Part shown: in pieces, positions 36,034 through 49,874 of the stretch
How the letters are laid out: every line of letters starts with the position of its first letter
How positions within the stretch are numbered: the first letter of the stretch is position 1
Assembly: GCA_021613535.1 (NCBI GenBank)
Contig: CP075497.1
Coordinates: 8,804,001-8,868,000 of the forward strand
Source of the DNA: Adineta vaga
Taxonomy: Eukaryota; Animalia; Rotifera
Direction: 5' to 3'
Length of the DNA stretch: 64,000 nt
Translations under genes and position numbers: made by a program
The notes under the pieces: generated by a model
Database searches by the model: none
Told to the model about the DNA's origin: nothing
The model's input: only the letters and a program-made list of their open reading frames with translations

Positions 36034-37341
36034 ATGACTGAGAACAGATGGACATTCAATGAATATGTAACATATATTCTTTTAACACTTGTTTTTCTTG
36101 CATCCTGGACAGATATTAATGGTATATTTGCTGAATTACCACAGATTATTTTAACTCAACCTGAGCGTTGGAAACTTGGTGCATATCTTGCACTGATTAC
36201 AAATTTCGGTAATATTGCACCATTTATACTTGTTCTTATCAAATGTTTAAACAAAAAAAAAGCACTTAATCCAGTACCAATTAATTATATTGTTATTACA
36301 ATTGGTATGTTATCATGTTTCCTATTAATTTTCTTTTGGAAACATACGACAATAATTTTAAATCAAAGTTATAGTATTACATTATTACTACTTGCATTTT
36401 TTCTCTCTTTACTTGATTGTACTTCGTCTGTTTCATTTGCGGATTACATACAAAAATTTCGAGCGGAATTTACAAGTGCTCTTTTTCTCGGTGAAAGTTT
36501 AACATCCATCATTCCAAGTTTACTTGCAATTGGACAAGGAAATGGTCAACTTCGTTGTATTCCATCCATCAACGGAACTAATCTTACAGAAATTGTTTAT
36601 ACAACTGCAAGATTTTCCGTCTCAATTTATTTCTTATGTCTATTTTTACTTTTAACAATCTCATTAATCTCATTTGTACTCTTACAATGGACTTCAATCT
36701 CTCGAAATACACATCAGATTATTCGTAAAGTATCATTAGAACTAACTGAAGATAATCAAGAAACAACTAGTAAACTTTTCCAAGAAAAAACTTTAATTTC
36801 ATCCGATTCAATTACATTGACTACAAAATCCTATCTTCTTCTTTCACTCGGATGTACTTATACGAGTTCGATACTATTTGGAATGCTTCTTTCAATCTCA
36901 ACATATGTTTTAATGCCATATGGACATCGAATATTTTATTTCGGAACGATTCTATCACCATGGATGTTCACATTAATTTGGATTTTCGGCATGATAAAAC
37001 CATCCATATCGAAACGTTATATATTGTTATTCATTTTAATGGGTACTATGACATTTTTATTTGAATTTTTTATGGCATTCAAAAGTCCTTGTCCATTTTG
37101 GGTTAATACAACGAAAGGAAGTGTTTTGATTTTATTTGTCTGGCTTAGTACTTATTTACTACTAGGATATCCACGTTTAGTTATTGCTAATTATATGAGA
37201 AATTACTCATCGAATGGTATGTTTTGGTATGGTGTTAATGTTCAACTCGGTGCATTAATTGGTTCAGTTGTTGCTTATTTGTTAATCGAAACATTTTCTC
37301 TATTTCATGAATCGTTGCCTTGTGCACAGAATATTTGTTAA
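36034..37341 (+). CDS. SLC52A: Riboflavin transporter, SLC52 family; single coding exon
   Basis: SWTDINGIFAELP..PERWKL, DCTSSV, FLGESL, RFSV, SPCP and QLGALIG motifs; about 11 hydrophobic segments. Confidence 0.9.
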   Translation: MTENRWTFNEYVTYILLTLVFLASWTDINGIFAELPQIILTQPERWKLGAYLALITNFGNIAPFILVLIKCLNKKKALNPVPINYIVITIGMLSCFLLIFFWKHTTIILNQSYSITLLLLAFFLSLLDCTSSVSFADYIQKFRAEFTSALFLGESLTSIIPSLLAIGQGNGQLRCIPSINGTNLTEIVYTTARFSVSIYFLCLFLLLTISLISFVLLQWTSISRNTHQIIRKVSLELTEDNQETTSKLFQEKTLISSDSITLTTKSYLLLSLGCTYTSSILFGMLLSISTYVLMPYGHRIFYFGTILSPWMFTLIWIFGMIKPSISKRYILLFILMGTMTFLFEFFMAFKSPCPFWVNTTKGSVLILFVWLSTYLLLGYPRLVIANYMRNYSSNGMFWYGVNVQLGALIGSVVAYLLIETFSLFHESLPCAQNIC

Positions 37342-38698
37342 ATTTCAAATAATAAAATAGACTTTTCTATAATCAAAGATTGATGAAGATGTTCTTTTCT
37401 ACTCATCAATATGTATATAAAGAGATACATCATATCAATGAGATGTCATCCATACTTATCCCATTAGTAGTTTTTTGATGAATAATCATCTTGTCAGAAC
37501 ACGCGTGTACTCTTTTGTACGTGTCCTTAAAACATCTTTATCTATTCTATTGTTCATTCATTTGATATCTTTTGTATATTCATATCAATATACATAACTG
37601 AAGATTTGACTGAAATAGAACATCATTATGTTTTGATCTTTCTCTTTTCGTTTCTTTTAAATAACAAAAAAAAAACAAAAGAATGATTTAAATGCAACTT
37701 TCTATTCCCTTTTAAAATTTGATTCATATCAAATCTTATTCATTCACTATGAATAGATATAATACATCAAATGATGATAATTGGCTATATGTTTCTTTTC
37801 CTCTTCTTCTTATTCTTCTTCTTTCTGCTTGATCGCAATGATTGATATTGAACAGATCACTTCTTTTTCTTTTCTATTGTTGATAGAAGACGAAGAATAA
37901 TTGATTAACTATTTTAATATAAAGATTTCGTTTGACTGAAAATAAATAATTAAAAACATTGGCGTGACATTTTCTTTGTGTCCCTCCTTTTTCCCTTTTA
38001 CGTTCTAAATTAATTCAACAAGTTCACACATTCAAATCTATTCTAAATTAAGAAGAAAAACAACAACACGAACATTTCTTTACTTATTCATACGAACGAC
38101 GACATATTGGCAGTATGTCCCATATGAACAGTGTCAATATGGATTTCGCTTTCTGCACACACACATACACATACAAATCGATTATTATTAGTGTTCATCT
38201 CACGCGATAGAAAAAAAGAAGTAAAACAGATAATGCTCTTATTTCTAGACATCCTCGTGCCTTGATGCGTGTGTACACATGAAAATGAATGAGTTTTTTA
38301 TTTACCTCTATATATGTAAACAGAGAAAGAAAATCTATTAACTGATTACATCATTTGATTAAGTCCAAGGGCTTAAAATAAAATAGTCATTGTTGACATC
38401 TTCTTATTTTTCACCTAGAGCAATTTATATGTTGATGAGTTTGAAAATCGTCTTCGCTCGATTAAGTTTAGATTGATAAAACGTTTAGATATGTCTTGAG
38501 TGCATTCAAATGAGTTTAAATGAAGTCATTTACGTTTAGTATATATGTATATAGATATATTTCTTACAATCAGAACGAAACACACACATGCATACATACA
38601 TACATACAGACACACACATCATCAAATCTATGTACAACACCGGTATGCAAAGAGAGAGAAAGAGAAAACGACGTGATGGCATTATTTGCAATATCTAG

Positions 38699-39730
38699 CT
38701 ATCGCATTTTTGCATTGTTATTTCTTAAATATGACTTGTCATATGTACGTAATTTGTGTGTTTTTGTGCTTGACGATGAGCTGCTCTGAGAAAATGTGGG
38801 AGAATTCGATAAACTTCCTGATGATGTATTCAATTGGATTTGAGGTGGATGTGGTGGAGGTAAAAGATTTGTTTCATTAGATGATTGATTTTGTTGTTGA
38901 AAATTTTCACTACGATTCAATTCGGATTGCCAAACAGCTTGTGGCCAACCTGTTCTTCCTTTGATTTTACGCGGTGATAAAGTAGTATCAAACTAAAAGA
39001 AAGATTTTTAAAGAATGCAATAAACTCTAATTTTCTTTTATGCTAGATTCATACTTTCATTAAATCTCGATGATCTTTTCTTGTTTTGATAATTTCCGCT
39101 TTGAATGCACTTGGCATTGCTGTTGGATCATCTTTAGCAAGAATATCCATGAGAAATTCAATATATTTCGTCGCTAATTTTAAAGTTTTAATTTTGGATA
39201 GTTTTGTATCAGGTTGAACATTGGGAATTGCTGTACGAAGATCGGAGAAGGCAGTATTTATTGACTGTGTACGGCGGCGCTCTTTTTTGTTAGCTGATAC
39301 ACGTCGTTTGAAACAACGAGGAGTCCCTTTGAATGTATAAAAAAGTTTTCTGTGCTCGAGACTAAAAGGAGAAATAGGGAAACTTCACTCTACCTGTTCC
39401 TCCAAGATTTGATACCATCGTTGTTGGTACTTCCATACCAATATCATTATCAATTGAAGAAGATGATGTTGTCCATGCAAGATTATAATCATATGGCATA
39501 ATCGAATGATCATACGTTTGTATATTTGAAGAATGATGATTTAGATTATGATTATTACTACTATTATTATTGTTATCGTAGGAATAGGTTTCAAGTTCAT
39601 TGGTTGAATAATAGGATGTTGAAATTCGATTGTATGGATGATAACGAGATGTATGATGTTGTCGATTGAATATTAAACCAGATGGAGATGACGGTGAAGG
39701 AACAAAACAATCATTGGGTGAATTAAACAT
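38699..39730 (-). CDS. HAND: HAND-class bHLH transcription factor, three exons (39730-39394, 39326-39055, ~38992-38699)
   Basis: [53 protein letters not shown] bHLH plus the HAND-specific [15 protein letters not shown] motif. Confidence 0.92.
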
Positions 39731-42398
39731 TTCTTTTTTTTTCAATCACCTGTAGATGAGTAATTAGACGTGTTCGTTAATCGAATAATGTCTTTCTACT
39801 TATTGAGTATTTGTAGTTCTGGTATTCGTCACGACGATGTGTGTTTGTACGATTGACTGATTGAAGTTAGTTCACTTATTGACTGGTAATTTCATTTCTC
39901 TATTCTCTTTTTCTCTCTAAATAGATCGATATTGTATACATTTACTTTTTTTCTTCTTTTCCTTCTTCTTCTCTTTTTTCTATCCAATAACGGGAGGAAA
40001 AAAATTATCTTTTCGTCTTTTTCTTTCTATCTCGCCATTAATAAAACACATCCGATTGGTTGTCAATTGCTAATAGAGAATGTTTTTCTACACCATTCAG
40101 ATTATTTAGTCTCATCTACCAACCTCTCATATCGTTTTTTTTCTTCTTCTACAACTACTTTTTCGAACGCTTTTGTTTGACGTCACGGTTGATTGTTTGT
40201 GTACGTATGATCATGCCTATACTGTTTGATACTTGAAAGGTTATGAAGTGTGAAATGAAAACCTCACACTTTACAGGCGTTATGAAAGTTTGTTCATCGT
40301 AAAATTGAACTTTCTTATGTAATGATCGAAATAGTCACTAAATAAATCTAATAAAAGAAAAAACAATTTCCATTGGGAATGCTGCTTCTGTTGAACTGAT
40401 AAGAGACAGGACACGGCAGAATATTTGTTTGTTTAATGATGATGTTTGATCTATGTGCTTCGATCATTTCTTTTCAACTAAACGATTATCACTTTCTGTC
40501 GTCTTCACTAACAAAAAAATAGATCATGTTTATACTTCGGCTTATTTCATTCAATCATACCAGATCACCGACAATGATTACGCATGCTTTTCTTTTGCTT
40601 TTTTTCATTTACTCTTGAAATTGAGATGAGCAATCATGATAGAATCACATTAGCAAAAGGAAGCGGCATGTTGTTTTCCTCTTGTCTTGATCGCTGGAGA
40701 AGAAAAAATAGTATACGGAACTTGCTATAAAATGCAATCATATTAGCAACCATTTAGCTTATAAAACCGGACATATATGTATATAAGAGCATCTGCCTAG
40801 ATATTTTATTCAATGTCTCATGTATCTTTGATCTTCAACGTAGAAATTACAACATGACATGCTTCATGTTTGTATACCATCGATTAAGAGACACAGCCGT
40901 CAAATGTACGAAGAATATGAACAGTAATTATTGTTCAAGTAAAATTCATCTGTCAATAGAATAAAATAAGAAATATTCATAGGAGAAAGTTGTAGTAAAT
41001 TATAAGATAAGATAGAACTGGTTATAATCAAAAGAAATGTTCTTGTCATCATCTTTTCAATTTCATGCTCACATTCTGTGTAATATAACATCATTCTCTG
41101 TAACTGAAATACAAGTAAATTAAGTGATTATCTATTCGGATGATTGTATATTTTTTATGAACCTCACCATGTACTTCTCAATTGATTATGAAGAATATGC
41201 GGATTCTTTACATTGAAGTCATGATATTGACAGAGAATATTAGATATGTATAATTTCAAGATACATCCTACATACACTGCTTTAATATGATCTGTTCCAT
41301 CCATAATCAGTCTCTCGAAAATAGCAATAATACACTTCTTAAAACAAGAATCATTTTAATATGAAATCTTCTTCTTTTGTCTAGACAATCAACTGTCATC
41401 AATCGATTAAGTCAATCCCATCATTTTATACGCGTCATCGATAAAAATCTCACGGGTATCACACAATAAGGTGTTATGACATCTATCACTATAAACTAAG
41501 TCACCTTTATTCTTGTTTTTTTTTCTACCTACGTCTATTAAAACTTATCATTACTCATTTATTTATGTCAAAATTTGACATAATTTATTTCTATTTTTCG
41601 ACAAATCATGTATTGATTGTTGTTCGTACATTCAAGCAAATGTGATCAATAGAAGAAATAAACAAGACATCATTTTAGTTACAATAATATTATGAACCTT
41701 TCGCTATTTACAATGTGGGATAAAAAATAAATCTATTCATAGTACATTTTTAACCATTGATAAATACCAAAAAATATGATCGGCATGTTATGTATATGTA
41801 CATTCTATACATTTAATATAAAACGTGTTTATCACTGGACTATCCTATTTTAATCTTACTGATAATAGTAATAGTGGTGGGGATAAAAACAATTTCAATC
41901 TATTTTGATATTGATACAATGTTGCACAAAATCAAAATTCATGTATGAAGTTTCTATTGGATATGAATATATGATTTTCGATGATTCTTTATATCTCAAA
42001 ATAGTTCTACATATTATTACTATCATATTCTCATTTAAGAAAACTAATCCATCTGTCAATTAAATCTTGTTATTCCCAAATGGGAATACCTTCGAATGAA
42101 ATTTATCCCAATACGATTAATTCCTGTTCACTCACATATTTAATTGTAATCAACACTTTTTCTGTCAATTGATGACTTTTGAATCTACTATTATTTCTAT
42201 AACACAATAGGCGTGTGAAATATTCTAAGATATATCAGTAGTTCTTGTTTGTATGCATGTCATACAGCGACATCATTCAACAAAATACAATTCTTGTTAG
42301 TAGCTCAATTTTTTAACGAATCATACAGTTCTTATAATTTCTTTATCAAAAATACTGCTTTTTTTCTTGTATTTCTATTTCAATTTATTCTTATATAA

Positions 42399-45740
<3,342 letters not shown>

Positions 45741-45802
45741 TTTGTGTATATTTTGTTCTAAATAAATATTTGTGTCTTTATCCAATGGTTTTTCATTGTA
45801 TT

Positions 45803-46813
45803 TTATTCATTCAAACTAGACGTCGAAATTACTTTATGAAAATCAAAAAAATATTTCAATGTATTTTCTGGATCTTCTAAATTTGGATAATGACCAATAT
45901 TGGCATTTAGTAGACATGTATCTGGATTTATGATTATTTCCCGATATCTATCAACCATATACTTTCCACTGATAGGATCAATTGGTCCATTTATCAGTCG
46001 AATTGGAATAGGATTTTTCTTGAATGTTTGTACTGTATTCATTGCATTAACCCATCGATCTCGATTTTTTACTCGTTCATTGATATAACACTGTAATTGT
46101 TGTAAGAGATTGTATGGGGCATTGAAAAATAATAGATGCGTTATTTCATTCAATTCTTGTTGATTTCGTTGAGTATTTGGGCCAAACACGCGATTAATTG
46201 CTGAACCAAATAATGTTCGTGGTATAATGAATTGAAGAATAATACCAATAATAGGAGTTTTTAACATTTTCATCATAAAAAATGGACGATGAGTTTCTGG
46301 AAATAGGCCACCATTTAGAAATACAGTCGATTGAATGATGTACTGTCTGTCATCAATTTGTCTTGCTAAGAATTCTTGAGCGATTGTATCACCAACATCG
46401 TGTGCCATGATATGAAATTTATGTAATCCTAATGAATTCATTAATTCTTCTATCATATTGACTTGAGACGTGATTGTATATGAAAATTTTACAGGTTTAG
46501 CTGATAGACCATAACCAATATAATCTGGAGCAATAATATGAAATCGTTGTTCTAATTCATCTCGCATATACAACCAATCTAATGATGATGTTGGATATCC
46601 ATGTAATAGTAACAAAGTTGGTTTATTAGCAACTGATGTATCGCGAACAGCTGAATCATAATAAAATACTGGATAACCATTGAAATTGAAATATTTCCCT
46701 TGTTTAGCCCAACTATGGACTTTTGGAAAGCGATATGGATTAATTGCAGGAGTGAAGAGCTTTTTTAGCAGAATTATAAATATGAAAATAATTACAATAA
46801 GAAAAATATCCAT
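45803..46813 (-). CDS. MEST-like alpha/beta hydrolase with N-terminal membrane anchor; intronless
   Basis: HGYPTSSLDW, AHDVG (Asp nucleophile), NGGLFPETHRP, NGPIDPISG, GHYP. Confidence 0.88.
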   Translation of the reverse strand: MDIFLIVIIFIFIILLKKLFTPAINPYRFPKVHSWAKQGKYFNFNGYPVFYYDSAVRDTSVANKPTLLLLHGYPTSSLDWLYMRDELEQRFHIIAPDYIGYGLSAKPVKFSYTITSQVNMIEELMNSLGLHKFHIMAHDVGDTIAQEFLARQIDDRQYIIQSTVFLNGGLFPETHRPFFMMKMLKTPIIGIILQFIIPRTLFGSAINRVFGPNTQRNQQELNEITHLLFFNAPYNLLQQLQCYINERVKNRDRWVNAMNTVQTFKKNPIPIRLINGPIDPISGKYMVDRYREIIINPDTCLLNANIGHYPNLEDPENTLKYFFDFHKVISTSSLNE

Positions 46814-47244
46814 CGTGTATTCTTTCTTTTGAAATGTTCTAAACTAATAAATAGTCACAGTGAAGAATAAACACATGTATTTCTTGTGATAGTATTATAT
46901 GCTGACTTTTTGAATCATCATTACAAAACAACAGTATTTGCTTTCATCCTGACCAATCTGAAATTTTTCTTTGCATATTTGTACTTACCTCTATAGTGCT
47001 TGTGAGATTTTATATCAAGATGCTATTACATCGATGAAACACTTGAGAATAAATGATATTATCTTACTATCGTACGGTGTTCATTATATCCTGTGTTCAA
47101 AGATGAATGATTAGAACTTGCGTTATTTATCGATTCAATTTTTTGAACATTTTTAATCACATGAACTAAATACCTGACTGTTGAATGAAACGTTGCGAAT
47201 GAAAATAATCATTGTGGAGATTTTGATTTGTCTTTCAAGACTTT

Positions 47245-47700
47245 TCAATATCCTAAAATTAACAGCGATTTCAAACAGCAATTTTCCACTGATTTTAGAT
47301 ATTTTATATATTGACCGCGACGCTCAGGATGTATCATCATTATCAATAGACAGATGAGATGGCCTGATGGATATTGATCACATATTGTACTTGGAACTTG
47401 TGAAAGAACTGTATTTTCTCGAGTTGTGTATCCCCAATGTCCGAGTGAACATTGCAAAAGATTAAGACCGAAAAATTTCAATATATGTCGTCCAGTCCTA
47501 TTCGAATCATAGGTAATATACAATGCTTCTATGTAATCAGTGAAAGAACAATTTCCGTATTCACCTACACATATATTTGTAAAGAAACTTTTGATCAAAC
47601 ATATTCTTCTTCTAAACCAATCAGAATCAATTGGACAGAACAGTTTACGCACTCATCTTTCAATTTATGACTTCAATATTGATAGCCTCAAATAATTAAA
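47245..47700 (-). pseudogene. Possible degraded ML-domain (GM2-activator-like) gene fragment
   Basis: 135-codon open stretch without an ATG start; ICVGEYGNCSFTD weakly resembles the PC..GSC.Y.D motif of GM2-activator proteins; stops immediately upstream. Confidence 0.22.
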
Positions 47701-48278
47701 GAACACGCATGATTATTTCCATCAGAGTACACTTTGGTGCTAGACGTATTAAATATCTATGTATTTTCTTTGTAGTAAAACAATGATTTATTGATGATCG
47801 CCATGGACAGCCGTGAAGCAAATATGGTTTTAAATGAAAAGACTTTCACGACATCTGAGATCAATTAAGACTACACAAGCTTACAGTGGTTTGGTTTGTT
47901 CTTCAAATAACTTTTAATTGTGCAATAACTGTACACTCACTGCACATCTATGCTGATAATACTTATAATATATACCATTCAGTTAATTATTTTAGTTTAC
48001 ATTAAACTACTTTAGATTCTATAAAAACTGATACAGATTTCAGCACATGTGGTCTCCTTATAAATTTATTTTCACTACACTTTCCTTCCTTTTTCTTTCT
48101 ATTACTCACTCGACCAATATTATTCATCGTTTTCTCTTTAAAAGCAGCCATGTGGCGCATAATAAAATGTTTTTTATATTTCTTTTCTTCGAAAATTCTA
48201 CACGATGACAACATTTGTTTATGTCGGAAGATAAAAGTTATTTCAACAATTTTCCATTTAATTCTTTATAGATATTCG

Positions 48279-49358
48279 ATGGATGACATTTGTTTCAGAA
48301 TAAATGATGTCTCTCGTGAAATTGGTGAAGCATTGCTACCAATTGACGGATATCAAAATGAACCTCTCGTATCATTAGACAAAGCAGTTCAACCCCTTAT
48401 TTCATTATTTCCTGAAAATGATCTGTTAACAAAAGTCTGGACAGCAAAAGAACGTTGTAGAAATCCTGCAGATGGTCTATCTCCAGATGAATCTGCATCG
48501 ATTATGCTCTATACATTTCAGTGGAATGAACATCAAAAAAGTCTTTATTTTCTCTTAAACAAGGCATTACGCGAAGAAGATCGTCAAGCGTTAAGACCAT
48601 GGTTTTTATATTTGCGATTATTTATTGATGCACTTTTACAACTTCCACCAATAAATGGTGTGGTCTTTCGTGGTGTTAAACAGGATTTTTCTACCAAATA
48701 TACACCGGAAGGAAAACTAACTTGGTGGGGTCTTAGTTCATGTACTAATAACATTCAAACGCTTCAGAACGAACAGTTTTGTGGTAAAACTAGTACTCGA
48801 ACAATTTTTAGTATAAAATGTTTCGCTGGTCGAAATATCAAAAATCATTCTTATTATATGGCTGAAAATGAAATTTTACTATTACCTGGTCGATATCTAC
48901 AGGTAACTGGTAGTTACAATGCTGCAGATGGAATGCATATGATACAACTCGAAGAGATACATCCTCCTCATGAGTTTCTTAAGTTACCTCCAGTTAAACC
49001 GTGGCGTCGAATTGAATCAGGTGCTTCTCTTCTCGGTATGTGCACTAATCCGGAATGTAATGCACATCGAAAGGAAGTTATTATCCCACTCGGTTTCAAA
49101 ACCTATGATATAGTTGTTGATCCTTCATCTCTTGCTAGATGTCCAATTTGTACAACTTATGTTAACATCTCAAAATTGGGCTTTAATAGATGTCAATGGC
49201 GATTACATGGTATAAGACAACAGAATTCGACCAGTCCACCGATGCCTTTCTTACATGAACGGACACAAGCACCTAGACATTCATTAATTGAATATAATTT
49301 AAAAGAAAATGAAACTGTTTGGCGTCAATTAATACTGGAAACCATATCTGAAAATTGA
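48279..49358 (+). CDS. ARTC/R-S-E clade mono-ADP-ribosyltransferase fused to a C-terminal Cys-rich putative zinc-binding domain
   Basis: SIMLYT, LNKALR, VFRG (R), WWGLSSCT (S), AENEILLLPG (ExE); C-terminal WR..G..L.GMCTNPEC..H...CPIC...FNRCQW; acceptor ctttatag at 48271 makes ATG 48279 the likely start. Confidence 0.88.
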   Translation: MDDICFRINDVSREIGEALLPIDGYQNEPLVSLDKAVQPLISLFPENDLLTKVWTAKERCRNPADGLSPDESASIMLYTFQWNEHQKSLYFLLNKALREEDRQALRPWFLYLRLFIDALLQLPPINGVVFRGVKQDFSTKYTPEGKLTWWGLSSCTNNIQTLQNEQFCGKTSTRTIFSIKCFAGRNIKNHSYYMAENEILLLPGRYLQVTGSYNAADGMHMIQLEEIHPPHEFLKLPPVKPWRRIESGASLLGMCTNPECNAHRKEVIIPLGFKTYDIVVDPSSLARCPICTTYVNISKLGFNRCQWRLHGIRQQNSTSPPMPFLHERTQAPRHSLIEYNLKENETVWRQLILETISEN

Positions 49359-49874
49359 CACTTATCATCACACTGTGCAGAATCTTTATAAAATTGTTAG
49401 ATACTAATCGTATTATAGATCATTTATGAACATGGTGTAAACCATAGTCCATGGTTTTTTTTTAAACAAGAAACAGTTTTCTGTTTGTTGTTTACATAAA
49501 CAGTATTTGTTTTGTGTCAATAACACAATCGTTCTGCAATAAAACGAAAGAAAGAAATAACTTCTGTTAAATTGTTCAGTATTCTATATTCAACATTGAC
49601 GAGAAAGTTTTTCAATATAAAGTCTTTCATTCAATGACGAATATTTTTTATCAGTCTATCTTAATATACATTCCATGTGTATTCGCAACATCAGACGGAA
49701 GAACTTCCATCGTAATTATCTGATATTTTATACTTTTGTGCAATAAGAAGCACTGTTTGTCAATTTAAATATTTTGATTTAAAATAGATTTAGATATTTC
49801 ATTGGAAAAGTATCATGAATAGCGCAATCTCTAACGCCTAGATCTATGATATAATGGGCAAAAAATGATGTCTC

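Noticed and set aside
39932-42300. Small ORFs and AT-rich DNA upstream of HAND
   Set aside because: Low-complexity Phe/Leu-rich ORFs; no ncRNA or repeat structure I can support.
48150-48278. N-terminal 43-aa extension of the ART ORF
   Set aside because: Starts at a GTG in T-rich intron/outron-like sequence ending in an AG acceptor; ATG 48279 is more plausible.
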